From Candidatus Eiseniibacteriota bacterium (GTDB lineage Bacteria > Orphanbacterota > Orphanbacteria > Orphanbacterales > Orphanbacteraceae), in contig JBDROZ010000107.1 of the NCBI GenBank assembly GCA_043809585.1, forward strand, positions 1-33,163: DNA of 33,163 nt, in the 5' to 3' direction. The notes beneath the pieces are model-generated. The model was not told the DNA's origin. It saw only the letters and a program-made list of their open reading frames with translations, and made no database searches. This document shows positions 1 to 8,675 of the stretch, piece after piece. The position numbers were made by a program, and so were the translations under genes. The first letter of the stretch is position 1. Each line of letters starts with the position of its first letter.

Positions 1-64
1 AAAGGAGGCTTCGCAGGCGGCGATCCGAGATCGCAGTAGGAGATTTGTGCATAATCCAGGCTAG
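1..64 (-). mobile_element. End of a MITE-like palindromic element, truncated by the window edge; second copy of 15627-15809 in the opposite orientation
   Basis: The reverse complement of 1-64 matches 15627-15690 at 63/64 positions and ends in the same CTAG-bounded terminal repeat (TGCATAATCCAGGCTAG). Confidence 0.8.
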
Positions 65-112
65 GACTACGGAGAAGATCATCGGGCGTCCGGCCCGGGA
101 AAGGAGTGGGGG

Positions 113-301
113 ATGGCGGACATGAAAGGGACCCGGACGGAGAAGAACCTTCTCGCGGCGTTCGCCGGCGAAAAGGGGAAGAAGGTCGTTTGGCGCTGCC
201 GGAACTGCGGCTACCTCCACGAAGGGGAGGAGGCGCCCAAGTCGTGCCCTGCCTGCGCTCACGCCCAGGCGCACTTCGAGATGCTCGGCGAGAACTACTG
301 A
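113..301 (+). CDS. Internally deleted rubrerythrin: N-terminal 20 aa fused to the C-terminal rubredoxin-like domain; possible pseudogene
   Basis: MKGTRTEKNLLAAFAGE is the rubrerythrin N-terminus and WRCRNCGY...CPACAH.QAHFE is its C-terminal Fe(Cys)4 domain. The diiron four-helix bundle between them is missing. RBS AAGGAG at 101-106. Confidence 0.8.
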   Translation: MADMKGTRTEKNLLAAFAGEKGKKVVWRCRNCGYLHEGEEAPKSCPACAHAQAHFEMLGENY

Positions 302-361
302 GGCCCGTCCCCGATGGGAAGAGACCGGCGGAGGGCGCCGCCCGCGCGGCGCCCTTCCCCT

Positions 362-389
362 TTCCCCATTTCGCCCGGGGCGTTATAAT
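362..389 (+). promoter_or_regulatory. Putative sigma70 promoter of the acs-ACP-kbl operon
   Basis: Perfect TATAAT at 384-389 in GC-rich intergenic DNA, 80 nt upstream of the ATG at 469. The -35 element is weak. Confidence 0.4.
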
Positions 390-468
390 CTCCCCATCGC
401 GAACGGCGATCTTCGTCCAGCCGCGGTAATTCGTTGAATGGAAACAGCATAGAACGCGAGGAGTCCCC

Positions 469-2169
469 ATGCCGAGCAACATCGGTGACCACGAGGCCCG
501 CCGCGCCACCTTCACCTGGGATCAAACCCGGAGGGAGCTCGGCTTTCCGGAAGAGGGTCCCTACAACATCGGCTGGCAATGCGCCGACCGGATCTGCGAA
601 ACGGGGGGCGGCGCCAAGACCGCTCTTCTTTGGGAGGCCGTCGACGGCACCGTCAAGAGGTACACCTTCGACGATCTTCGCCGTCTCTCCAACGCCTACG
701 CGAAGTTCCTCACCGGCCTCGGCCTGAAGCCGGGGGACCGGGTCGCGGTCTTTCTCGATCGCGTCCCCGAGCTGTACATCGGTCTCATCGGCGGCCTGAA
801 GGCGGGCCTCGTCATGCAGCCCCTCTTCTCCGCCTTCGGTGAGGAAGCACTCGAGAAACGAATCGCGAACGCCGAGACCGCGGCGATCCTGACCAATCGG
901 AAGCTCGCTTTCCGGGTGCGGAAGATCCGGGAGAAGTGCCCCTCCCTGAAGCACGTCGTCGTCAGCGAGGCCGGCGATCTGGAGTTTCAGAACGGAGAAG
1001 TCCCCTTCGATCTCTCCCGGGCCGAGCCGGTGGAGAGTTTCGACGTCTTTCCGGCCGATCCGGAGACCCCCTCGATCCTCCACTACACGTCCGGCACGAC
1101 GGGCCAGCCGAAAGGCGCCCTTCACGTGCACGGCTCTCTCCCCGCCCAGGCGCTGACGGCGAAGTGGGTCCTCGATCTGCGGGAGAACGACGTCTACTGG
1201 TGCACCGCCGATCCGGGCTGGGTGACCGGGACGAGTTACGGCCTCATCGGCCCCTGGTCTCTCGGCGGGACGCAGCTCGTCCTCGAATGCGGCTTCATCG
1301 TCGACCGCTGGTACAAGGCGATCCAGGAGCACAAGGTCACGGTCTGGTACAGCGCCCCCACGGCGATTCGCCTTCTGATGAAAGAGGGAAAGGAGAAGGT
1401 GACGCAGTACGACCTCTCGAGCCTCCGCCATCTCTGCAGCGTCGGCGAGCCCCTGAACCCGGAGGCGGTGGTGTGGAGCGAGCAGGTCTACGGCCTCCCC
1501 TTCCACGACACATGGTGGCAGACCGAGACCGGCTGCATCCAAGTGACCAACGTTCCCGGCATGGAGATTCGCCCGGGGAGCATGGGGAAACCGTTCCCCG
1601 GCGTCACCGCCGCGGTCCTCACCCACGAGTTCACGGAGATCACCGAGCCGGAGCGGCAGGGGCTCCTGGCCCTCCGGCCGCCGTGGCCGTCCATGTTCCG
1701 CACGTACTGGCGGAACGAGAGCGCCTACGAGAGCAAGTTCAAGAACGGCTGGTACATCACCGGCGATCGGGCGCGGCTCGACAAGGACGGCTTCTTCTGG
1801 TTCATGGGCCGGGACGACGACGTGATCAACACGGGCGGTCACCTGGTCGGCCCCTTCGAGATCGAGAGCGCCCTCCTGGAGCACGAGGCGGTGGCCGAGA
1901 GCGCCGCCATCGGCAAGCCGGACCCGGTGAACATGGAGGTGGTGAAGGCCTTTGTCGCCCTGAAGCCCGGCTTCGAGGCGAGCCGCAAGCTCGAGATGTC
2001 GATCATGAACTTCATCCGGAAGAAACTCTCCCCCCTGGCCATGCCCCAGGAGATCGAGTTCCGGGAGAAGCTGCCGAAGACACGGTCCGGAAAGATCATG
2101 CGCCGGCTCCTCCGGGCGGAGGAGCTCGGCGAGGATCTCGGGGACACGTCGACGCTGGACGACGACTAG
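469..2169 (+). CDS. acsA: Acetate-CoA ligase / short-chain acyl-CoA (or acyl-ACP) synthetase, AMP-forming
   Basis: AMP-binding motif LHYTSGTTGQPKG, plus WCTADPGWVTG, DTWWQTETG, GRDDDVI and the C-terminal LPKTRSGKIMRR acetyl-lysine motif. RBS GAGGAG upstream. Confidence 0.85.
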   Translation: MPSNIGDHEARRATFTWDQTRRELGFPEEGPYNIGWQCADRICETGGGAKTALLWEAVDGTVKRYTFDDLRRLSNAYAKFLTGLGLKPGDRVAVFLDRVPELYIGLIGGLKAGLVMQPLFSAFGEEALEKRIANAETAAILTNRKLAFRVRKIREKCPSLKHVVVSEAGDLEFQNGEVPFDLSRAEPVESFDVFPADPETPSILHYTSGTTGQPKGALHVHGSLPAQALTAKWVLDLRENDVYWCTADPGWVTGTSYGLIGPWSLGGTQLVLECGFIVDRWYKAIQEHKVTVWYSAPTAIRLLMKEGKEKVTQYDLSSLRHLCSVGEPLNPEAVVWSEQVYGLPFHDTWWQTETGCIQVTNVPGMEIRPGSMGKPFPGVTAAVLTHEFTEITEPERQGLLALRPPWPSMFRTYWRNESAYESKFKNGWYITGDRARLDKDGFFWFMGRDDDVINTGGHLVGPFEIESALLEHEAVAESAAIGKPDPVNMEVVKAFVALKPGFEASRKLEMSIMNFIRKKLSPLAMPQEIEFREKLPKTRSGKIMRRLLRAEELGEDLGDTSTLDDD

Positions 2170-2250
2170 AAGGGGCTTGGAAGCGAGCGCCATGAGGAGG
2201 CGCGGGACCGAATCACGCACGGGGCCAGGGGCCCCCGAAGGAGTCAGTGG

Positions 2251-2505
2251 ATGAGCCAAGACCTGAAGGCGAGCATCATCGAGTATATCCGTGACGAGTA
2301 CGTCGATGACGACGACATGGAATTGACGGAGGACACGCCTCTCATTTCGAGCGGCATCGTCGATTCGTTCTCGATGGTCTCCCTCAAGATGTACCTCGAG
2401 GACGAGTACGACATCACGATGACCGACGACGAGGCGAGCACCGAGGCCTTCGACACGGTGAACAGCATCGTGGTTCTGGTGACGAGGAAGTTGTCGAAAA
2501 AATAG
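2251..2505 (+). CDS. Acyl carrier protein
   Basis: 84-aa acidic protein with phosphopantetheine-site motif [18 protein letters not shown] and C-terminal F.TVNSIV. RBS AAGGAG. Confidence 0.88.
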   Translation: MSQDLKASIIEYIRDEYVDDDDMELTEDTPLISSGIVDSFSMVSLKMYLEDEYDITMTDDEASTEAFDTVNSIVVLVTRKLSKK

Positions 2506-2536
2506 GAAGAGACGATCCCGGCGACTAGGTGGCGAC

Positions 2537-3751
2537 ATGGCATACACGAAGGCAGTGAAAGAGCGGTTCCGGAACACCCTGAAGGAATTGGCCGAAGCGG
2601 GGCTCTACAAGGACGAGCGGTACATCTGCAGCGCGCAGGGGGTGAAGATCACCGTCGAATACCCCCGCGGCTCGGCGCCGATGGAAGTCCTCAACTTCTG
2701 CGCGAACAATTACCTCGGCCTCTCGAGCCACCCGGAAGTGGTCGATGCCGCCCACGAGGGGCTAAGCAGCCGGGGTTACGGGATGAGCAGCGTCCGGTTC
2801 ATCTGCGGCACCCAGGACATCCACAACGAATTGGAGAAGCGCCTCGCCGAGTTCCTCGGCACCGAGGACGCGATCCTCTTCGCCTCCTGCTTCGACGCGA
2901 ACGCGGCGATCTTCGAGGTCCTCTTCGACGAGAAGGACGTGATCATCAGCGACCGGCTGATTCACGCGAGCCTGATCGACGGCATCCGCCTCTGCTCCGC
3001 CCAGCGGGACAGCTACAAGAACGCGGACATGAAGCACCTCGAGAAGAAGCTGAAGATGTGGAAGGAGCGGGCCCGGGACATGATCGTCGTCACCGACGGC
3101 GTCTTCAGCATGGACGGGATCCTCGCCCCCATCGGCGAGATCGTGGATCTGGCGGAGAAGTACGGGGCCCTGGTGCTCGTCGACGACAGCCACGCGAGCG
3201 GCTTCATCGGGAAGACGGGACGGGGCACGCCGGAACACTTCGGAGTTCTCGGGCGGGTCGACATCATCACCACCACGCTCGGCAAGGCTCTCGGCGGCGC
3301 GAGCGGCGGCCTGGTCGCCGGCCCCCGGGAAGTGACCGAGATGCTCCGAAACCGCGGGCGGCCTTATCTCTTCTCGAACGCCGTGCCGCCGCCGATCATC
3401 ACGGCGGCGCTGAAGGTGATCGACCTGGTCAGCGGGACCACCGAGCTCCGGGACAAGCTGGAGTGGAACGCCAAGTACTTCCGGGAGCGGATGGAGGCGG
3501 CCGGCTTCGACCTGGTGCCGGGCGAGACCCCGATCGTCCCCGTCATGCTCGGCGACGCGAAGCTCGCGAACGACATGGCCCGAAGCCTCCTGAAGGAGGG
3601 GATCTACGTGATCGGCTTCTCCCACCCCGTGGTGCCCATGGGGAAGGCGCGCATCCGGGTCCAGCTCTCCGCGGCCCACGAAAAAGAGCATATCGACAAG
3701 GCGGTCGACGCCTTCGTGAAGGTGGGCAAAGAGCTCGGGGTGGTGAACTGA
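2537..3751 (+). CDS. kbl: Glycine C-acetyltransferase (2-amino-3-ketobutyrate CoA ligase)-like PLP alpha-oxoamine synthase
   Basis: Kbl-typical motifs [56 protein letters not shown] (PLP lysine), RPYLFSN and [11 protein letters not shown]. Confidence 0.85.
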   Translation: MAYTKAVKERFRNTLKELAEAGLYKDERYICSAQGVKITVEYPRGSAPMEVLNFCANNYLGLSSHPEVVDAAHEGLSSRGYGMSSVRFICGTQDIHNELEKRLAEFLGTEDAILFASCFDANAAIFEVLFDEKDVIISDRLIHASLIDGIRLCSAQRDSYKNADMKHLEKKLKMWKERARDMIVVTDGVFSMDGILAPIGEIVDLAEKYGALVLVDDSHASGFIGKTGRGTPEHFGVLGRVDIITTTLGKALGGASGGLVAGPREVTEMLRNRGRPYLFSNAVPPPIITAALKVIDLVSGTTELRDKLEWNAKYFRERMEAAGFDLVPGETPIVPVMLGDAKLANDMARSLLKEGIYVIGFSHPVVPMGKARIRVQLSAAHEKEHIDKAVDAFVKVGKELGVVN

Positions 3752-3861
3752 CCTCGATCTTGCAGAGAGTGCGGCCCTGAATTCGGTGGGCGGGAGCCAT
3801 GGGGCCCACGCGGGGGGCGACGAGGACTGATTCGACCGGATCGCCCGTGCCGCTAGCGGCG

Positions 3862-4497
3862 CTACTCTCCGAAATCGACCCACTTCCAGAGGCGGTACGA
3901 CTCTCGGGGCCCCTCCGCCGGGTCCGGGCTCTTCACCGGTATGACGTAGATCCGGCCGTTGTGGTGGACCGATTGCAGGTCATCTTCGCCGCCGGGCTCT
4001 TCCGGGGCCAGGGTGAGGCGCAGGACACCCCTGATCCGGCACGTTTCGGTCCCTCCGGGGCACGGGTCGCCCAGGACTTCTTTGCCCGCGGGAACCGACT
4101 TCCAATCGTCGAGTCTCTCCACGACCAGATCGAGGGAGGAGACGGTGCGCTTGTCGGGCCCGGAGGGCCGCTTCCCGAACATGGCCGCCGCCATGTCCAC
4201 TTCTTGATCGAATCCGTAGAGGGGCTTGGTGGAGTCCGGGTCTCCGCCCTTGGCGGAATAGTAAGTGAACGGACGATGGAGGAGCCCGCTCCGTCCCGTA
4301 GTCTTCCCGCCGTAGAGGATCCGGTCCCGGTATTCGGAGAGGTCCCGGTTCTTCCAGGCCCTCTCCATGTTCAGAAGGAGATTGTCCGGATCGCCGTACG
4401 AGACGTACTTGGCCGATCCGGCGTTTTCGGAGGAGCAGGAAGCAAGAAGGCATCCGGCGAGAAAGATGCCCGTGAAAACCGCGTGAATCGTCCGCAT
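3862..4497 (-). CDS. Hypothetical lipoprotein
   Basis: Start placed at MRTIHAVFTGIFLAGCLLASC, a signal peptide with lipobox, preceded by RBS AGGAG. The ORF fills the gap between kbl and the divergent hydrolase gene. Confidence 0.7.
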   Translation of the reverse strand: MRTIHAVFTGIFLAGCLLASCSSENAGSAKYVSYGDPDNLLLNMERAWKNRDLSEYRDRILYGGKTTGRSGLLHRPFTYYSAKGGDPDSTKPLYGFDQEVDMAAAMFGKRPSGPDKRTVSSLDLVVERLDDWKSVPAGKEVLGDPCPGGTETCRIRGVLRLTLAPEEPGGEDDLQSVHHNGRIYVIPVKSPDPAEGPRESYRLWKWVDFGE

Positions 4498-4606
4498 GGC
4501 GGGTCTCCTGGGGAACAGGGAACTCATCTTCTCCAATGCTGTATGAGTATACCATCCCGGGGCGTTTCTATCCAGTTTCTGGCGGCCGCCGGTCCTCCGG
4601 ATTCCC

Positions 4607-4634
4607 TTGCCCGCCGACTCCGGTGTGGTACGAT
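4607..4634 (+). promoter_or_regulatory. Putative sigma70 promoter giving a leaderless transcript
   Basis: TTGCCC (4607-4612), 16-nt spacer, extended -10 TGgTACGAT (4626-4634). The ATG at 4641 follows 6 nt later with no RBS. Confidence 0.5.
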
Positions 4635-4640
4635 CGGGCC

Positions 4641-5075
4641 ATGGACCGATTTCGCATCTATTTCGCCGGCGCGATCCGGGGGGGAAGGGGGGACCGAGGC
4701 CTCTACCGGGGACTCATCGACCATCTCCGCTCCCGGGGAGAGGTCCTGACGGAACACGTGGGGGACCCGAGCCTCTCCGAGGATGGAGAAGAGGGTCTGT
4801 CGGATAGGGCGATCTACGACCGGGACGTCGGGTGGATCGTCGGGGCGAGCGTCGTAATCGCCGAGGTCACCACACCTTCCCTCGGTGTGGGTTATGAAAT
4901 CGCGACGGCCGAGTCTCACCGGAAACCGACCCTCTGCCTATTCCGGCCGAGCGCCGGAGTCCGGCTCTCGGCGATGATCGAAGGCTCCCACAGGTCCGTG
5001 GTCCGTCCGTACGAGACCCTCGAGGAGGCCGTGGCCGCCGTCGACGAATTCCTCGCGAGCGTCCTTCCCCGCTAG
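4641..5075 (+). CDS. 2'-deoxynucleoside 5'-phosphate N-hydrolase (DNPH1/Rcl-like), nucleoside 2-deoxyribosyltransferase family
   Basis: Motifs IYFAGAIRGG, VLTEHVG, IYDRDVGW, VIAEVTTPSLGVGYE and LSAMIEG. Confidence 0.88.
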   Translation: MDRFRIYFAGAIRGGRGDRGLYRGLIDHLRSRGEVLTEHVGDPSLSEDGEEGLSDRAIYDRDVGWIVGASVVIAEVTTPSLGVGYEIATAESHRKPTLCLFRPSAGVRLSAMIEGSHRSVVRPYETLEEAVAAVDEFLASVLPR

Positions 5076-5297
5076 GGGGAGTTTTTCCGATCGCCCCGGC
5101 GACCGCTCCGTCGCCGGAGCCGCTTCCTCGATCCAGCACTCTCCGGAAGCTCCTCGCTCGGGGGACGTCTTCATGGCCGGGGAAGGCCCTCATCCCGGAC
5201 GGGGATGGGTGGACCTTCGGCCGGCCGGGTGAGTCCGATGCGATCCTGTGTGGGAACGCCGTCCCGGCGGCGAAAATGGAAGAAGGAGGATACCCCT

Positions 5298-5591
5298 GTG
5301 AAGAGACGCGTGGTACCGATCCTGATCATCCTGTGCGCACTGGTGTGGGTGTTCGGTTGCGGAGGGAGCGGGGAAAAGGTCGAGAAGATGGGTGAAAAGG
5401 CGGGCGAAGCGGCGAAGAATGCCGGCGAGGCGGTCGGCGGCGCGGCGGAAACCGCGGGCGAGGCGGTGGGCCAAGCGGCGGAAACCGCGGGCGAGGCGGT
5501 CGGCGAGGCGGCGCAGAAGGTCGAGGAAGCCGCCGGGGCCGCCAAGGAGAAGGCCGTGACGGCGGGCGAGAAGCCGAAGACCGGCAAGTAG
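5298..5591 (+). CDS. Small lipoprotein with 11-residue Ala/Glu/Gly-rich repeats (LEA/apolipophorin-like)
   Basis: GTG start after AAGGAGG, signal peptide ending VFGC, and repeats of AGEAVG.AAET. Confidence 0.75.
   Translation: MKRRVVPILIILCALVWVFGCGGSGEKVEKMGEKAGEAAKNAGEAVGGAAETAGEAVGQAAETAGEAVGEAAQKVEEAAGAAKEKAVTAGEKPKTGK
5421..5519 (+). repeat. Three imperfect 33-bp coding tandem repeats
   Basis: GC(C/G)GGCGAGGCGGT(C/G)GGC...GCGGCG units start at 5421, 5454 and 5487. Confidence 0.8.
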
Positions 5592-5630
5592 GGACGGGGC
5601 ATCGACCGTCCGAGAATTCGGATTACGAAA

Positions 5631-5662
5631 GAAAGGCCCGGAGGAATCGCTCCGGGCCTTTC
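5631..5662. terminator. Probable bidirectional intrinsic terminator
   Basis: Perfect 13-bp stem GAAAGGCCCGGAG / CTCCGGGCCTTTC with a 6-nt loop, between the convergent lipoprotein and OPT genes. Confidence 0.75.
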
Positions 5663-5685
5663 GCGTCGCGGTGTTTCTCCGGTCC

Positions 5686-7590
5686 TTATCCTCCGAGCAC
5701 CACCGTCAGTATCATGATGACGATCCCGATGAGCGCGCCGCCGGCGATGACGCCCGCGCAGATCGTCTCCTGGTTGTTCACGATGTTCAGGTTCATCCAC
5801 GACTTCGGATCGGCCCATTTCTTGGCGAAGACCCAGAAGATGAAGGAGCCGAGGAACATGGCCCATGCGTCGCTGAAACGGAGCACGAAGGCGAGGCCCA
5901 TGCCGACGCCGGAGATCGGCCACCGGTTCTTCGTGGTGATCTTGAGGACCTCGAAGACGATGCCGAGAATGGCGCCGATCGCGACCGCGAGCAGCGCCGT
6001 CGGATCGAGAATGCTGAATCCCCGGGTGAGCACCTCCGCCACGGCCCGCCAGATCATGGCGGCGATCATCGGCATCGATTCGGTGCCGAAGATATCGATG
6101 TTCCCCCGGAAGAGGGCGAAGTAGAAGATCGGCGTGCAGGCGAAACCGCCCGCGATGATGCCGAGCACGTGGCCTATCGCCTGGAGCCTCGGTTTCCCGC
6201 CGAGCATGTACCCCGGCTTGATGTTCATGAGCAGGTTCGACGCGTGGCCCGCCACCTCGCCGGTGATCCCCGCGGTCATGAGGTTCGTCGGCGTGTTGCC
6301 CGGCGCGAGACCGGCGTAGGTGAGCTGGGTCAGCTTGCCCAGCGCCCCGGTCGGCGTGATCGCCGTGAGCCCCGTCGAGTTCGCGGCGATGAGGGTGAAG
6401 ATGAACACCAGCGGGATGGCGATGACGCCGAGCCACCAGTGCACGTCGAAGAAGACGTGGCCCATGATCACCACCGCCGCGCCGACGATCGGAATGCCGA
6501 TGACGAAGATCTTCATGGGGAGCTCGACGTCCTTCAGGATGTCCTGGTCTTCGACGGCGGTCGACTTCTTCTTGCCGATGTTCTGGAAGGCGCTGATCAG
6601 CATCTGGGGCTTGGAGAAGAAGGAGAAGAGGGAGGCGGTGGTCATCATGGCGACGCCCCCCCAGAGGGACCACATGGTGATCCCCCGGAAGCCGGTCTCG
6701 GTGATGATCCCCTTCTGGATCAGCATGGGAGCGAGGACGAAGTAGTTCAGCACGGCGCCGATCAGTAGCGAGACGCCGGTCCTGATCCCCATGAGGCCGC
6801 CGGCGCCGATCATCACGATCTCCGTGTCGAAGCGGACGGTGAGATCCCGGAGGGAGGTGCCGAGGATCGCGGGGGTCGTGAATCTGTAGAGGAAGTCGTC
6901 CCAGTGCTGCCAGTACGTGTTGATCCACTCCCCGAAACGCCGAGCGCCGAGCCCGATCCAGAGCCCGCCGTCCCGGACGAAGTTGATGGCGCCCGAGATG
7001 GCCGCGAAGGAGAGGAGGAGCTTCTCCGGAGGGATGCCGCCGTCGTGCTCCTTCTCGCTGTGGAGCGTGTCCATGACGACGCCCGCGGCGCGTCCCTCGG
7101 GGAAGGGGAACTGCTCGTCGTTGATGAACCGCCTCTTTAGGGGGAAGGCGAAGAGGACGCCGAGCACCCCGAGCCCGATCATCCAGAAAAGCGTGTGCCA
7201 CATGGGCACCACCTTCCTCGTCACCATCATGTAGGCGGGCATGCTCGCGATGAGGGGCGCCGTCATATAGCCCGCCGCCGTCGCGATCGACTGCATGATG
7301 TTGTTCTCGAGGACGTGGAAGGGGGAGCCGCCGCCGATCCGCGAGAAGGCCCGGTGAAGGGCGAAGGCGAGGATCACCGCCGTGATGCCGACGCCGAGGG
7401 TCCACCCGGTCCGCACCCCGACGTACAGGTTCGTCAGCGAGAGCACGCCGCCGAGGAGCATTCCCGTGATCACGGCCCGGGCCGTGAACTGGGGAACGTC
7501 CCCCTGGTAGACCTCCTTGAACCACCACTCGTCCTTCTTCTTGAGCGGCCACGTCCGGACCTGCTCGTCCGTCAGGTGCTTGATCGCCAT
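5686..7590 (-). CDS. OPT/YSL family oligopeptide or metal-chelate transporter, copy 1
   Basis: Polytopic 634-aa protein with motifs QFTARAV, NLYVG..TGW, LENNIMQSIATAAG, FPEGRAAG and NLLMNIKPGYMLGG.PR.Q. RBS GGAGG. Confidence 0.9.
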   Translation of the reverse strand: MAIKHLTDEQVRTWPLKKKDEWWFKEVYQGDVPQFTARAVITGMLLGGVLSLTNLYVGVRTGWTLGVGITAVILAFALHRAFSRIGGGSPFHVLENNIMQSIATAAGYMTAPLIASMPAYMMVTRKVVPMWHTLFWMIGLGVLGVLFAFPLKRRFINDEQFPFPEGRAAGVVMDTLHSEKEHDGGIPPEKLLLSFAAISGAINFVRDGGLWIGLGARRFGEWINTYWQHWDDFLYRFTTPAILGTSLRDLTVRFDTEIVMIGAGGLMGIRTGVSLLIGAVLNYFVLAPMLIQKGIITETGFRGITMWSLWGGVAMMTTASLFSFFSKPQMLISAFQNIGKKKSTAVEDQDILKDVELPMKIFVIGIPIVGAAVVIMGHVFFDVHWWLGVIAIPLVFIFTLIAANSTGLTAITPTGALGKLTQLTYAGLAPGNTPTNLMTAGITGEVAGHASNLLMNIKPGYMLGGKPRLQAIGHVLGIIAGGFACTPIFYFALFRGNIDIFGTESMPMIAAMIWRAVAEVLTRGFSILDPTALLAVAIGAILGIVFEVLKITTKNRWPISGVGMGLAFVLRFSDAWAMFLGSFIFWVFAKKWADPKSWMNLNIVNNQETICAGVIAGGALIGIVIMILTVVLGG

Positions 7591-7797
7591 GGACTTCCTC
7601 CGATGCGTCCGCGAAGGGCGCGTGTTTCTTTCCTGGATCCCGGCGCGGTGGCGGGTGGGCCGCGCTCCGAGGGTGATTGTAAAGGGGAAGGGGAGGAAGG
7701 GGTAGGGAAATGGCGAAGAGCTTCCATGTTGATCTTACGGAGGACGCGGGCTTCTCTTGAGTACCAAACGCATACCGGATGGGATCCCAGAATCCGA

Positions 7798-7827
7798 TTG
7801 ACACAGAACGTGTGGAAGTGATAGTGT
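7798..7827 (+). promoter_or_regulatory. Putative sigma70 promoter of the secreted-protein operon
   Basis: Perfect TTGACA (7798-7803), 18-nt spacer, extended -10 TGaTAGTGT (7819-7827), in an AT-richer intergenic stretch. Confidence 0.5.
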
Positions 7828-8068
7828 ATGAACTCTCAATAGAGTGGCGTCCAGGCGATCGACGGTTCTTTCAGCCGTTGAATGACTCAGAACCCATGTG
7901 CCGGAGCACCCGCTCCGCATGCCATTGATGAGACCCAAACAGTAACCGATCTTGTTCGTCGACGCATATCGAACGGATTCGTGGGGACCGTCCGAAAGGG
8001 CGGCCCCCGGGTTCTCTTGTTCGCCTGCGGCGAGGCCTCCCGGAGCCTGTCGAAGGAAGGGAGGTAGT

Positions 8069-8596
8069 ATGCTGAAGCTCACCCTGCTCGGGGCCGTCCT
8101 CGGACTGACCCCTCTCCTCATCCCACCCGCTCAGGCAGATGTCGTGGTTGCGCAGAGCGTGATCGCCGGGGGAATCGGCGTGGCGTCGAATGCGGAGTAC
8201 ATCGCGGAGGCCACCCTTGGTCAGCCCGTGATCGGTGGTGGTTCCGGGGGAGGTATCTCCGCGGACGCCGGTTTCTGGTACCCGTCGACTTGGGTCTGGA
8301 CATCGGTGGAAGAGCCCGAAAGCGGTGTCCCCAAGCGCTTCGAGCTCTTTCCGAGCCGCCCCAATCCGTTCAATCCCGTCACGACGCTGGTCTTCACGGT
8401 CCCCCGGCCGGGGCGGGTCTCGCTCGTTCTCTACGACGTCCGAGGGAGGGAGGTGCGCACCGTCGTCGACGATGTGTACGGTCCCGGCACCCACGAAGAG
8501 GTCCTCGACGCCGACGGGCTTCCGAGCGGCGTTTACTTCTGCCGGATGACGGCGGACCGCTTCGAGGAGAACCGGAAGATCGTCCTGCTGAAGTGA
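8069..8596 (+). CDS. Small secreted protein: ~55-aa Gly-rich domain plus T9SS type A sorting / FlgD-Ig-like C-terminal domain
   Basis: RBS GGAGG and signal peptide MLKLTLLGAVLG...AQA. C-terminus is PNPFNPVTTL.F...V.L.LYDVRGREVRT...LPSGVYFCRM....RKIVLLK. Confidence 0.85.
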   Translation: MLKLTLLGAVLGLTPLLIPPAQADVVVAQSVIAGGIGVASNAEYIAEATLGQPVIGGGSGGGISADAGFWYPSTWVWTSVEEPESGVPKRFELFPSRPNPFNPVTTLVFTVPRPGRVSLVLYDVRGREVRTVVDDVYGPGTHEEVLDADGLPSGVYFCRMTADRFEENRKIVLLK

Positions 8597-8675
8597 TGTC
8601 GATGACCCGGGCTCCTCGGTGGGCCCACGAATTTCTCCCCGGTCGATTCTTCTCAAATATGGTGAGGGTAAGTTG

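Noticed and set aside
295-2577. Long antisense or alternate-frame ORFs, e.g. 295-2577(-), 5171-7804(-), 9138-10763(-), 16227-18023(+), 27452-29779(-), 27568-30150(+)
   Set aside because: They overlap genes with clear family motifs and are Arg/Pro/Gly-rich or antisense shadows expected in high-GC DNA.
2537-3751. Serine palmitoyltransferase or BioF call suggested by the adjacent ACP and ligase
   Set aside because: [18 protein letters not shown] and RPYLFSN are Kbl-type motifs, and the ligase is acetate-type rather than long-chain.
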